From: an uncultured Candidatus Saccharibacteria bacterium
GTDB taxonomy: Bacteria; Patescibacteriota; Saccharimonadia; Saccharimonadales; JALRHH01
DNA length: 64,000 nt
Direction of reading: 5' to 3'
NCBI GenBank assembly: GCA_964474995.1
Contig: CAYYUY010000001.1
Span: 18,123 to 82,122 of the forward strand
Each line of letters opens with the position of its first letter. The stretch's first letter is position 1. The position numbers and the translations under genes are program-made. Below are positions 26,488 through 35,543 of this stretch, one piece after another. The notes under the pieces were generated by a model. It searched no databases, was not told the origin of the DNA, and worked only from the letters and a program-made list of their open reading frames with translations.

Positions 26488-27468
26488 TTACTTTCGGTTT
26501 GTGCGGTGATCAGACTCGTCTTGGATCTCGTGGCCAATAATCTCTTCGAGAATGTCTTCAATCGTCACAATACCGATGATTTTGTCATCTTTTTCGACGG
26601 GCATCAGATGCGTGTGAGCGCTAATGAATTTGCGGAACATAGTGTCCAGTACTGTCATGCTGCCAACTAGTTTTGTGGTGTGCAAATTAAGGTCACTAAC
26701 TCTGACTGGATTTGTACCAAAATCAATATTAACAAGGTCTTTCATAAGGATCACGCCGTAGCATTCAGCCAGGTCCGGCGAAAATACTGGAACACGACTC
26801 CTTGAGTTATTCTTTAGTTCCACAATTCGTCTGGCGTCGATAACATCATCGGGACGTTGCCAGTACACTTGCTTAATTGGCGTCATGATTTCTTTGACAC
26901 GTTTTTCACTGAGCTGCAACGCGCCACGCATGATCTCAATCTCGTCTTCATCGAGCTCACTCGATTTGTTGGTTAGGTGTTCGGTGATCACGAGGCCAAG
27001 TTCGTGACGACTTTGTAGTGCATGTGTCGCATGGCCAAACATACGATCAAGTGCCAACTGTAGCGGCTTGGATACAGGGTAAGTGACAATTATCATAAGT
27101 CGTATTAGGGGGCTGAACCATCCACAAAAGGCCAATGCTCGCTGACTAAATAGTGCTTGCGGTGTAATTTCGCCGAAGATCACAATCAATAATGTACTGA
27201 GCAAACCAGCGAGGATTCCATTCATAACACTTTCTAGTACCAGTGACGTGGCAGAGACCACTGCGACGTTTACAAACAATATGCTCGCAAGTGTTAGATG
27301 ATAATTGCGACGAAATGGCAAAACTTGTTTGGCGGCAATATTGCCAAGCCGAGCTTTGCGTTTAAGATCGGCGGGGTCGAGTGACATAATAGCCACGTTG
27401 AGGCCTGAACAGATAGCAGACATGCAGATGAGCAGAAAGACTTCCGCGACAAGGATATAAGTACTCAT
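26488..27468 (-). CDS. CNNM/CorC-type membrane protein (DUF21 + CBS pair; hemolysin-family annotation)
   Basis: N-terminal four-TM DUF21 region followed by tandem CBS-like segments (IMTPIKQVYW ... IIGIVTIEDILEEIIG). Confidence 0.83.
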   Translation of the reverse strand: MSTYILVAEVFLLICMSAICSGLNVAIMSLDPADLKRKARLGNIAAKQVLPFRRNYHLTLASILFVNVAVVSATSLVLESVMNGILAGLLSTLLIVIFGEITPQALFSQRALAFCGWFSPLIRLMIIVTYPVSKPLQLALDRMFGHATHALQSRHELGLVITEHLTNKSSELDEDEIEIMRGALQLSEKRVKEIMTPIKQVYWQRPDDVIDARRIVELKNNSRSRVPVFSPDLAECYGVILMKDLVNIDFGTNPVRVSDLNLHTTKLVGSMTVLDTMFRKFISAHTHLMPVEKDDKIIGIVTIEDILEEIIGHEIQDESDHRTNRK

Positions 27469-27533
27469 TAAGACTCATATTGTACGGCTAAATGACATGG
27501 TTACACAAGGGGTTCTGTTACAATTCAGGGTAT

Positions 27534-27908
27534 ATGGAACTACCAGACGAACTATTTGAAAAACTTATTGGCCAGGCAATGGATGAATTGCCACAAGAGT
27601 ATATCGAACGAATTAACAATGTTGCGGTTACCTATGATGATGAACCTTCACCCGAGCAACGTGAGCGCTTGAAGTTACGCTGTAACGAAACACTATTTGG
27701 TCTCTACGAGGGAATCCCACTTACCAAGCGAGGTTCGGGATATAATTTGGTATTACCTGACAAGATCACAATTTTTAAGCGACCAATCTTGGCCGCGGTT
27801 CATAACGAAGCGGAGCTAAAAGAACAGATCAAGCGAACGCTTTGGCATGAACTTGCGCATTACTACGGTCTTGATCACGATCGAATCCACGAACTTGAAC
27901 AGAAGTAG
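27534..27908 (+). CDS. Zincin-like metallopeptidase family protein (DUF1025/Zincin_1)
   Basis: C-terminal HELAHYYGLDH (HExxH). I moved the start to ATG 27534 (MELPDELFEKL) because TGTTACAAT lies 9 nt upstream. The track start is 27492. Confidence 0.75.
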   Translation: MELPDELFEKLIGQAMDELPQEYIERINNVAVTYDDEPSPEQRERLKLRCNETLFGLYEGIPLTKRGSGYNLVLPDKITIFKRPILAAVHNEAELKEQIKRTLWHELAHYYGLDHDRIHELEQK

Positions 27909-27910
27909 GC

Positions 27911-28501
27911 TTAGGAGTCGTTTGTACTACCGCCGAAACGAACGAGCACTGATAGTAAGCCCGCAAAAACAAAGAACATGGCACAGTAGAAACCGACTTC
28001 ACCATAGAGTTCGGCCTTGTAGCCTTCATTGAAATTCAGAGTGAAATAGGTAACAGCCGCAATAATATATGCTGCAGCGCTGAGTGCGGCAGTAGCAATA
28101 ATAGCAGCCCGGTTTAATAGGATGGCTGATACCAAGATTGGGATAGCAAATAAAAATACCGCGCGACTAGCCATACCACGCTGGGTATAGATATTAAATG
28201 ATGCCATGGCCACGTCAGCAGCAATCAATATAAAGATGAGACGTTTCAGGGTAGGAATATCGTTGTTTTTGTTGTGAGCTAAATACCAAATACCCACAGT
28301 CGTAATAAACAGTAGTGCCGCAGCGATCCAGCGTCGCATGACGACATCTGGTGTCAGGACATGTGAAGCATCAAACGCAATAATCACCACAGCGTAAGCA
28401 GCGAGGTACAAGAAGTGAACGCGGCATACACGAATAAGACTGACTCGGAGCCAATCTCGAAAGGCGATAGGTGGTTTGGATATTTTTGCCATCTTGGTCA
28501 T
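27911..28501 (-). CDS. Hypothetical polytopic membrane protein
   Basis: Five or six hydrophobic segments and no recognisable motif. Lies 28 nt downstream of the PIG-L gene. Confidence 0.55.
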   Translation of the reverse strand: MTKMAKISKPPIAFRDWLRVSLIRVCRVHFLYLAAYAVVIIAFDASHVLTPDVVMRRWIAAALLFITTVGIWYLAHNKNNDIPTLKRLIFILIAADVAMASFNIYTQRGMASRAVFLFAIPILVSAILLNRAAIIATAALSAAAYIIAAVTYFTLNFNEGYKAELYGEVGFYCAMFFVFAGLLSVLVRFGGSTNDS

Positions 28502-28529
28502 TCAAACATGAGCGGTATGGTGCCGTCAA

Positions 28530-29252
28530 TCAGCTTATGTCGATACGCACGAAGCCCTCGGCGTATTCCATGTCACAATGCGTGGCTGTATCCGCTGCCA
28601 TCGACTTCATGCGAGCACCCATCTCTGAGATGTCTGCTATCTGGCTCGCATGTGCTCCAAGAGCTTTTATTTTGGTGTCAATCACGCCAGAGATATCAAC
28701 ATAAAAGTTACTGGTGCTGAAATTAGATAGTAAGATAGTTGGCACGACATGGGGGGTTAGCCCTTCGTCGAGTAACTCCGGAAATGATAGGTGATCACGT
28801 GCGAGTGGAAATACGCAGTCAAGCGTTGCTTGGCCTACCGCACGATGGTCGGGGTGATTAATAATGCCATTCTCAACCGAGTAGAGCATGCTTGGGTCAA
28901 AGCTGAGTACAACGTCGGGTTTGATGCGGCGAATCATGCGCACGATATCACGCCGGACATCGACAGAATTAAGTAATAGGCCATCTTTGTTAGTAGCAAA
29001 TTCCACACCACTTACACCAAGTATAGTTGCTGCATCTTGTTGCTCAGCTTGCCGCATAGTGCGTAGTTGGTCTGGTGTAATACCCGGATCTGAGGTGCCA
29101 TTTGCACCATCCGTGAGTACGTAACAATAGGCTTTGGCGCCTTGTGCAATCCAGGTTGCAACGCTTCCGCCAAAACAAACCTCAAAATCATCTGGATGTG
29201 CGACGACACCAAGGATTACTTTTGGATGTAACGGTGTAAGAGTTGCAGTCAT
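28530..29252 (-). CDS. PIG-L/LmbE family N-acetylglucosaminyl deacetylase
   Basis: VVAHPDDFE metal-binding motif and HPDH. I moved the start to ATG 29252 (MTATLTPL...) because the minus strand reads TACAAT-AAAGAT-ATG. The track start at 29276 would contain that -10 box. Confidence 0.8.
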   Translation of the reverse strand: MTATLTPLHPKVILGVVAHPDDFEVCFGGSVATWIAQGAKAYCYVLTDGANGTSDPGITPDQLRTMRQAEQQDAATILGVSGVEFATNKDGLLLNSVDVRRDIVRMIRRIKPDVVLSFDPSMLYSVENGIINHPDHRAVGQATLDCVFPLARDHLSFPELLDEGLTPHVVPTILLSNFSTSNFYVDISGVIDTKIKALGAHASQIADISEMGARMKSMAADTATHCDMEYAEGFVRIDIS

Positions 29253-29258
29253 ATCTTT

Positions 29259-29264
29259 ATTGTA
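29259..29264 (-). promoter_or_regulatory. -10 box TACAAT, 6 nt upstream of ATG 29252 (PIG-L)
   Basis: The minus strand reads ACGTTACAAT-AAAGAT-ATG. Confidence 0.5.
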
Positions 29265-29308
29265 ACGTATATCCATAATGGGTGGATATGTGGTAGCATA
29301 AGGCCTTA

Positions 29309-30346
29309 ATGAAACAATTCAAATCAACATCTTTTCATCATTATCGGTTTGCCACCTTTTTGACCATTGCTATTGCAGCAGCAGTTTTCTTTAAGTCTGG
29401 TGCACCTGCGCTCTGGCCGATTTTTCTACTAGCTATTATTGAGGTGACCTTTAGCTTTGAAAATGCCGTACTAAACAGTGAAGTGCTCGGGCGCATGTCC
29501 AAAATTTGGCGCGCGGTATTCCTGACGGTCGGTATCTTTATTGCAGTATTTCTAGTGCGCCTCATACTGCCACTCATTCTTGTCTCTGCAAGCGTTGGCT
29601 TGGGTATTCGAGAAGTACTTGACCAGGCGCTCCATCACCCCGAAGAATATGCTCACAATTTGCACGCTGCTTATCCAATGATTGCCGCGTTTGGTGGTAC
29701 ATTCCTGTTAATGATTGGGTTACGTTTCTTGGCCGAAGACCGCGAAGTGCGTTGGCTGAAGACTCTCGAGGAGCCAATTTCTAAGCTCAAGCAGCCGTGG
29801 TTGGTGCCTATCGGTGGTGCGGCCATTGGAGGCCTGGCAATTGTGTCCATACTCAACCCGGGCAACACTAAGGTAATCGTTGCAGCAATTTTAGGTGCAG
29901 TAACATTCCTGATTATTAAAGGTCTGAGTGCGTTTGTCGAGCGTAGCCAGGGACAGCACAAGAAGCCAAAAAAACACGGCAACCTGATCAATTTCCTTTA
30001 CCTCGAGATGCTTGATGCTTCATTTAGTTTTGATGGGGTGATTGCGGCATTTGCAATCACCAAAGACGTCATTTTAATTGCTGCAGGATTGGGTATCGGT
30101 GCGGTTTACGTGCGGTCTATTACCGTTCACTTGCTTGAAAGCGGAACACTTACAGAATATCGTTACCTTATCCACGGTGCTCACTACGCGATTACAGTGC
30201 TTGGTATGATTATGCTCATCAGCATCAAATTCCATGTACCAGAAGCCATCACAGGGCTGATTAGCTTAGTATTGATTGGGTGGTCATTACAGGCTTCCAG
30301 ACTCATGAATAAACGCGAATCTGCCGGTACTAAGGGTTATTTGTAG
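29309..30346 (+). CDS. DUF475 / TerC-like integral membrane protein
   Basis: Polytopic, with a duplicated pattern (EVTFSFENAVLNS ... YLEMLDASFSFDGVIAAFAIT) typical of DUF475. Confidence 0.72.
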   Translation: MKQFKSTSFHHYRFATFLTIAIAAAVFFKSGAPALWPIFLLAIIEVTFSFENAVLNSEVLGRMSKIWRAVFLTVGIFIAVFLVRLILPLILVSASVGLGIREVLDQALHHPEEYAHNLHAAYPMIAAFGGTFLLMIGLRFLAEDREVRWLKTLEEPISKLKQPWLVPIGGAAIGGLAIVSILNPGNTKVIVAAILGAVTFLIIKGLSAFVERSQGQHKKPKKHGNLINFLYLEMLDASFSFDGVIAAFAITKDVILIAAGLGIGAVYVRSITVHLLESGTLTEYRYLIHGAHYAITVLGMIMLISIKFHVPEAITGLISLVLIGWSLQASRLMNKRESAGTKGYL

Positions 30347-30360
30347 CCCTAGAGGTCTCT

Positions 30361-31002
30361 ATGATAGCTGTAATCGTATTAGCTCGTAAACGACGTCTTC
30401 TTGGAATACTTCTTGGATTAATTGGCTTGTTCATTCTCATGGCGCTGTCAGCACACGCTCATTTACTTGTTGGGCCTGAGGGCCGTATATTTCGAGCGGT
30501 AAATAACCTACCAAACGCATACCAATCCATGATGCAGGTAGTGACTCAGTTTGGCAGTGAAGCAATGGTACTGGTAGTACTCGTGATTAGTTTGTGGAAG
30601 AAGGGAAGGCTCTTTACTTTGCAAATGGCGTTGGCAGCTGGTGCCACTTATATGCTGGTAGGCCTTAGCAAAATATTGGTTGCCCGACCACGGCCGTATG
30701 TATACCTGTCTGACGTGCATGTACGTGTACATGAATCAGGTATGGGATTTCCTTCAGGTCACACTGCTATCACCACCGCGCTCAGCGTATATCTAGCCTG
30801 GAAGCTCGGTGGTAAATGGAAATTATTACCGTTTGTTTGGGTGCCAGTTATCGGATTTTCTAGGTTGTATCTTGGTGTACATTTGCCGCTTGATTTACTC
30901 GGGGGTATCACCATTGGCTTGGCAGTAATTGCATTGCAAAAGTTGCTTACCCCATACATTGTTCACCATTTGTCTAACAGGTCAAAACACCATACAAAGT
31001 AG
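30361..31002 (+). CDS. PAP2 family lipid phosphatase
   Basis: Complete tripartite motif: KILVARPRP, PSGH, SRLYLGVHLPLD. Confidence 0.82.
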   Translation: MIAVIVLARKRRLLGILLGLIGLFILMALSAHAHLLVGPEGRIFRAVNNLPNAYQSMMQVVTQFGSEAMVLVVLVISLWKKGRLFTLQMALAAGATYMLVGLSKILVARPRPYVYLSDVHVRVHESGMGFPSGHTAITTALSVYLAWKLGGKWKLLPFVWVPVIGFSRLYLGVHLPLDLLGGITIGLAVIALQKLLTPYIVHHLSNRSKHHTK

Positions 31003-31069
31003 ATCAAAAAAGACTTGCATTGATAGAATCTATAGCATAAGCTAGAAGTGGAAGTGTGAGGCTTCCAAC

Positions 31070-31100
31070 GACCCCGATACCTAGTATTGGGGTCTTTTTT
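31070..31100 (+). terminator. Rho-independent terminator
   Basis: GACCCCGAUA-CCUAG-UAUUGGGGUC (10-bp stem with one G.U pair) followed by UUUUUU. Confidence 0.68.
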
Positions 31101-31182
31101 ATAGTTTTATGATGTGACCGTTTGACGCTTGTGTATATGTTAGTTCGGCAGTAGTATGAGGTTGGAAGCTGTAGCTTCCACC

Positions 31183-31209
31183 AAAAGGCCCAGTAATTGG
31201 GCCTTTTTT
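31183..31209. terminator. Bidirectional terminator (serves the Fur-family gene on the minus strand)
   Basis: AAAA-GGCCCA-GUAAU-UGGGCC-UUUUUU. The A-tract and T-tract flank the stem, so it reads as a terminator on both strands. It lies 20 nt past the minus-strand stop at 31229. Confidence 0.68.
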
Positions 31210-31228
31210 AATTACGTCAGAGTAATTG

Positions 31229-31651
31229 TTATCTAGATTTGCAGCTACGGCAGATACCTCGTAGTTCAAGCTGGTGACCAGTAAGCTCAAAGTCTGCTTC
31301 CATAGCCAACTGTCGAAGCTCATATTCGATGATGTTATTTTCTTCGATCTCAATCACACGACCACACTTAAGACAGGTAAGGTGATGATGATGGTCGGTG
31401 TAGGTGTCCGAAAGCTCTAGCTTGTACTTCCAGCCAAGTTGTAGGCGATTCACGATACCGAGCTGTTCAAAAAGCGCGACAATGCGGTAAACACTGGCGC
31501 GGTCAACTCTGCCGGCAAGCCGCTTAGCGAGCTCATTAATGGTCTGTGGTTCTTGGTCAAGAAGTGCCTGAAATACAGCCTCTCGGGGTGTTGTTAAGCT
31601 ATGTCCACTCTCTTTAAGTGATGATTGTAGTTGTCGTAAGGCCTCTTGCAT
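31229..31651 (-). CDS. Fur-family metalloregulator (probably Zur, given the divergent ZIP transporter)
   Basis: Winged-helix N-terminus, an HHHH cluster and paired CxxC motifs (CLKCG ... CRSCKS) typical of Fur/Zur. Confidence 0.85.
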   Translation of the reverse strand: MQEALRQLQSSLKESGHSLTTPREAVFQALLDQEPQTINELAKRLAGRVDRASVYRIVALFEQLGIVNRLQLGWKYKLELSDTYTDHHHHLTCLKCGRVIEIEENNIIEYELRQLAMEADFELTGHQLELRGICRSCKSR

Positions 31652-31657
31652 GTTGCA

Positions 31658-31666
31658 ATTGTCTCA
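31658..31666 (-). promoter_or_regulatory. Extended -10 TGAGACAAT, 6 nt upstream of ATG 31651 (Fur-family gene)
   Basis: The minus strand reads TGAGACAAT-TGCAAC-ATG. It overlaps the left arm of the intergenic inverted repeat. Confidence 0.5.
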
Positions 31667-31739
31667 TAAATTGCGACAAATTTGCAAAAATACTCATAGA
31701 GATAGAGAATTGAAAACAGATTATTACAGAAAGGATTAT

Positions 31740-32465
31740 ATGTTAGTTGTACTACTTGCTGGTATGACGTTTGTCTCCACATTACTAGGGGGCATCGTCG
31801 GCCTCAAAAATAAAGATAACCTCCATCGCTTTTTGGGTTACACCGCTGGCGTGTTAATGGGGGTGGTTGCATTTGATATATTGCCAGAAATATTTGAGAT
31901 GTTGCACAAGCTCGATATTGCACCAACTGGTGCAATGATAGCGCTCATAGCTGGGTTTTTAGTTTTTCATATTGTTGAGAAGAGTATATTAATCCACCAC
32001 TCACAGGAATCTGAATTCGCTGTTCATCACCACCCACATGTTGGGGTAGCGTCAGCTATAGCACTCATTGGGCATAGCTTCCTGGATGGTGTCGGAATTG
32101 GTCTTGGCTTTCAGGCTGGACACGCTGTGGGTATTGCAGTAGCAATTGCGGTTATCGCCCATGACTTTACTGACGGTCTTAACACGGTCAATCTATTACT
32201 ACTTAACAAGAACCGGTCCAAAAAAGCAGTAATATTCCTATTGCTTGACGCACTAGCTCCAGTGCTCGGTGCGCTTAGTACGCTACTGTTCAATATTCCT
32301 GACGCATGGCTGGTGATTTATCTCGGCTTCTTTGCTGGGTTCCTGCTATACATTGGTGCCAGCGAAATTTTGCCCGAAGCGCATAGCAAACACTCCTCGT
32401 ACAGCACAATTGCCCTGACGGTTGTCGGTGCAACGTTTATATTTGCCGTGACTCGCTTCGCATAA
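31740..32465 (+). CDS. ZIP family metal (zinc) transporter
   Basis: Eight-TM ZIP architecture with a His-rich loop (HHHPHVG) and HSFLDGVGIG / HDFTDG motifs. I moved the start to ATG 31740 (MLVVLLAG), which has AAAGGA upstream. The track's 31650 start adds a non-membrane extension across the promoter region. Confidence 0.85.
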   Translation: MLVVLLAGMTFVSTLLGGIVGLKNKDNLHRFLGYTAGVLMGVVAFDILPEIFEMLHKLDIAPTGAMIALIAGFLVFHIVEKSILIHHSQESEFAVHHHPHVGVASAIALIGHSFLDGVGIGLGFQAGHAVGIAVAIAVIAHDFTDGLNTVNLLLLNKNRSKKAVIFLLLDALAPVLGALSTLLFNIPDAWLVIYLGFFAGFLLYIGASEILPEAHSKHSSYSTIALTVVGATFIFAVTRFA

Positions 32466-32478
32466 ACATACGCCTAAC

Positions 32479-32487
32479 TGCTACAAT
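32479..32487 (+). promoter_or_regulatory. Extended -10 TGCTACAAT, 6 nt upstream of ATG 32494 (rmuC)
   Basis: TGCTACAAT-ACAGCC-ATG. Confidence 0.6.
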
Positions 32488-32493
32488 ACAGCC

Positions 32494-33549
32494 ATGATTA
32501 TTGCGGTTATCGTTTTGGGGATACTGGTGTTAGTACTGCTTGTTGTTGTATTGCGCCAGCAAGCTGCTCCAAAGCCAGACGGCAATGCTGCATTGCTACT
32601 CAAGCAAGACCTGACAAAGCTGAGCCAGGATATTACACAGTTGAAAGACGGTGTTCAGCAGCAGCTTACCGATCAGCTCGGTGCCAGCAACAAACAAATC
32701 GCCTCGCAGTCTGCTGCTAGTATCAAGATACTGCAAGATGTAACTGAAAAGTTGACCAAGCTCGAAGGGACCAACAAGAATGTTGGTGATATCGCTAACG
32801 AGCTGAAATCACTCCAAAATGTACTCCAAAATCCTAAGCAGCGAGGCGTTATTGGTGAGTTTTATCTCGAGCAGATACTTAAGAATACATTGCCACCTGG
32901 TGCATATCAATTGCAGTATAGGCTCGGTGAAGGTTTAATCGTCGATGCAGCAATTATTCTCGATGACCGCGTGTTGCCGCTTGATAGTAAATTCAGTCTC
33001 GAGAATTATAGTCGATTGCTCGAAGCCAAGCCCGAAGAGCAGGAAGCGCTGGCAAAATTATTCAAAGAAGACCTCAAGCGTCGCATTGACGAAACCTCCA
33101 AATATATTTTGCCAGGCAAGGGAACACTTGACCAAGCATTGATGTTTATTCCGTCCGAAGCCATTTACTATGATCTCTTAGCTAACAAAGTTGGTCTTGG
33201 TAATGTCAGTGGCCGTAATCTCATTCAGTACGCCAGCGAAAAGAAGGTTACCATTGTTGGTCCAAGCACGCTCAGCGCGATGTTGCAGACTATTATGCAG
33301 GGCCTTCGTAGTATCGAAATCCACAAGGACACCGAAAAGATTCGCAAGAATATCGAACTGCTTGGCAAGCACCTGGTGGCACACAACGCCTATATGCAAA
33401 AACTCGGCAGTAGTCTTGGTACTACCGTTAATCACTACAACGCGACCTACAAAGAACTTGGCAAAGTCGATCGTGATATCGTCAAAATCACTGATAGTAC
33501 GCCGTTTGTTGAGCCACTACTACTCGACAAACCGTCAAGCGACGATTAG
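32494..33549 (+). CDS. rmuC: DNA recombination protein RmuC
   Basis: N-terminal TM plus coiled coil, and an RmuC nuclease-like C-terminal region (MFIPSEAIYYDL ... VTIVGPSTLSAMLQ). Confidence 0.86.
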   Translation: MIIAVIVLGILVLVLLVVVLRQQAAPKPDGNAALLLKQDLTKLSQDITQLKDGVQQQLTDQLGASNKQIASQSAASIKILQDVTEKLTKLEGTNKNVGDIANELKSLQNVLQNPKQRGVIGEFYLEQILKNTLPPGAYQLQYRLGEGLIVDAAIILDDRVLPLDSKFSLENYSRLLEAKPEEQEALAKLFKEDLKRRIDETSKYILPGKGTLDQALMFIPSEAIYYDLLANKVGLGNVSGRNLIQYASEKKVTIVGPSTLSAMLQTIMQGLRSIEIHKDTEKIRKNIELLGKHLVAHNAYMQKLGSSLGTTVNHYNATYKELGKVDRDIVKITDSTPFVEPLLLDKPSSDD

Positions 33550-33550
33550 G

Positions 33551-34867
33551 TTACTTTCCGATAAGGTCAAGTGTCAGTGCTGCAGTCCATGAGAAGTTGG
33601 CTGCACCAGCTGGTGAGCCGTCAAGCGGACTGAAATATTCGTAAAAGCCACCGGCAGCCACCATCTCGACGGTTGATTCCCTCAGTGCGGCTGCATGGTC
33701 GTTGTACTGCATACGCTTGAGTCCATCGATGATTAGCCAGTTGGTGTTAACCCAGGTTGGACCTTGCCAGTAACCGTGCTCTTTGAACCATTCTGAATTG
33801 ATTGGTACTGATGGCACGGGGTAGGCTGGGCCAAATAGTTTGGTATTCTCGAGTTGTTTAGCGAGTAAACGAGCGCGGTCTGGGCTAATCGTACCCGCAT
33901 AGAGTGGCATCAGCGTCGCGATGCTCGGTTCTTTAATAAGTTTGTGAGTAATGAAGTTGCGTGAGTAGTACTGGCCGGAGTATGGGTCCCAGAGTTGCTC
34001 GAGCGCTGCCTCGGTTTTCTTCATTTTGGTGAGTAATAGTTCGGGTAGTTCCTCCTTGATCAATGCGGCAATTGATACCAGGTGTTGATTGGCGCGTATA
34101 AAAATACAGTTGAACGTCAGGTCTTCGACAACGAACATTGAACGGTTGAGGATGGCATCGGTGTCGTAATGCTTGCGACGAAGTCGGCGTATAACATCGT
34201 AGTAGATCATCGCGTCGGTGTTACTCATGCGTTGGCCGTGTGGCACGTGTCTGGTGTCACGCCGGACAAGATCGACAAGCTTATCAGCTTTCGTTTTCTT
34301 GAGTGCTGCCGCCCACCACGGCATGCTGTGCTGGTGAAGTTGGTTGATCCACGGTGGTGTATTGTCGAGGCCAGTTTCGTAGGGATGGATTTGCACAACG
34401 AGACCTTCGTTGTGTGGGTCACGGTCTGCATATAACCACTGATGGTAAGCCAGTAAATGTGGGTAGACCTGGGCATACCATGTACGTCGCTCGGGCTTGG
34501 ACAATTTTTGGCCAATCCTGACAACTGCTTCGGCGATAACGGGTGGCTGTGTGATGCCACTGGTCGCAACATCATCGGGCGCATTCGGATTGAGCCAGCT
34601 ACGCCAGACATTTCGATCACGCCGGAAGAGGTCGTCACCACTAAAAATCATATGCGGTAGCATGCCGTTGGCCCACTGCCCACGGAGCAGACTCATAATT
34701 TCGGTTTGTGCACGATCAACATCGTAATGCCGGATACCGATAGCGATAAAGGCACTATCCCAGAGCCACTGGTGCGGGTACAAGCCTTCTGCGGGAATCG
34801 TATAGAATCCGTGGTCGTTAGCTTGGAGGACGGCTTTGGCCTTGTCGCGGAGGTCGTTGATATCCAT
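33551..34867 (-). CDS. GH63-like (alpha/alpha)6-barrel glycoside hydrolase (glucosylglycerate/mannosylglycerate hydrolase-like)
   Basis: YPHQWLWDSAFIAIG near the N-terminus and WQGPTWVNTNW near the C-terminus resemble MGH/GgH-type enzymes. Substrate unknown. Confidence 0.65.
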   Translation of the reverse strand: MDINDLRDKAKAVLQANDHGFYTIPAEGLYPHQWLWDSAFIAIGIRHYDVDRAQTEIMSLLRGQWANGMLPHMIFSGDDLFRRDRNVWRSWLNPNAPDDVATSGITQPPVIAEAVVRIGQKLSKPERRTWYAQVYPHLLAYHQWLYADRDPHNEGLVVQIHPYETGLDNTPPWINQLHQHSMPWWAAALKKTKADKLVDLVRRDTRHVPHGQRMSNTDAMIYYDVIRRLRRKHYDTDAILNRSMFVVEDLTFNCIFIRANQHLVSIAALIKEELPELLLTKMKKTEAALEQLWDPYSGQYYSRNFITHKLIKEPSIATLMPLYAGTISPDRARLLAKQLENTKLFGPAYPVPSVPINSEWFKEHGYWQGPTWVNTNWLIIDGLKRMQYNDHAAALRESTVEMVAAGGFYEYFSPLDGSPAGAANFSWTAALTLDLIGK

Positions 34868-34887
34868 CTTATCTATGAGTATAGCGC

Positions 34888-34929
34888 AAACACAGCCAGA
34901 AACTCCGCCGGCTGGTGTGGCCTGTGTTT
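34888..34929 (-). terminator. Terminator-like hairpin after yajQ
   Basis: On the minus strand AAACACAG...CUGUGUUU (8 bp) plus an inner CCAG/CUGG helix, starting 5 nt after the yajQ stop. The U-run is short and lies partly within the stem. Confidence 0.45.
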
Positions 34930-34933
34930 AATG

Positions 34934-35431
34934 CTAGCGGTAATTGTCGAAGCTAATAGGAAAGTCGAACTCCTGCGCATTGAGTAACTGCATAACTCCC
35001 TGGAGATCATCTTTGCTGTTACTGGTCACGCGGACGGCATCGCCCTGGATTTGGGCTTTGACTTTCGGGAAGTGCTCGCGGAGCAATGCTGTAATTTTCT
35101 TGGCACTGTCTTGGTTGAGTCCTTGCTTGAAAGGGACTTCCTGAGTGGTCTTGAGGTTGCTGGTCACGAGCTCCTTGGAGGTATCCAGGATTTTTTGGCT
35201 CTGATTACGGGTTGCGAGCTTTTTGCGGACGATATCCAGGATAGCATCAATCTGCCAGTCACCACTGCCAGTCACCTTGAAACCGGTCTTTTCGGGATTG
35301 AGCCACTCGAGTTCGGCGGGGGTACCTTTGAAGTCGTAACGACTCTCAATTTCACGTTTTGCTTGATCGAAGACGTTGTTCATCTCCGCTTTGTCATATT
35401 CACTTACTGCGTCAAAAGAAAAATTAGCCAT
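34934..35431 (-). CDS. yajQ: YajQ family nucleotide-binding protein (UPF0234)
   Basis: MANFSFDAVSEYDKAEMNNVFDQAKREIESRYDFKG is the canonical YajQ N-terminus. Length 165 aa. Confidence 0.88.
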   Translation of the reverse strand: MANFSFDAVSEYDKAEMNNVFDQAKREIESRYDFKGTPAELEWLNPEKTGFKVTGSGDWQIDAILDIVRKKLATRNQSQKILDTSKELVTSNLKTTQEVPFKQGLNQDSAKKITALLREHFPKVKAQIQGDAVRVTSNSKDDLQGVMQLLNAQEFDFPISFDNYR

Positions 35432-35543
35432 ACCACAAGTTTGGCATCACTAGGGCTGGCTGTCCAGTGGGGCTATCAAACCATAAACGGTTTATTATTG
35501 AATGCACAGCTGCCCGCGCCTCTGGTATACTTGAACGTAAGTT

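Noticed and set aside
31156-31236. A 26-codon plus-strand small ORF (MRLEAVASTKRPSNWAFFNYVRVIVI)
   Set aside because: It reads straight through the terminator stem and U-tract and into the convergent gene. It has no SD or -10 at leaderless spacing.
31099-31353. An 84-aa minus-strand ORF spanning the spacer and the 3' end of the Fur-like gene
   Set aside because: It overlaps the Fur-family CDS in another frame and runs through the bidirectional terminator hairpin. It has no start context.
35432-35543. A T-box or leader-peptide attenuator upstream of pheS
   Set aside because: The spacer is only 112 nt, and an extended -10 (TGGTATACT) sits 12 nt from the ATG. That leaves no room for a T-box (about 200 nt or more) or a Phe-rich leader peptide.
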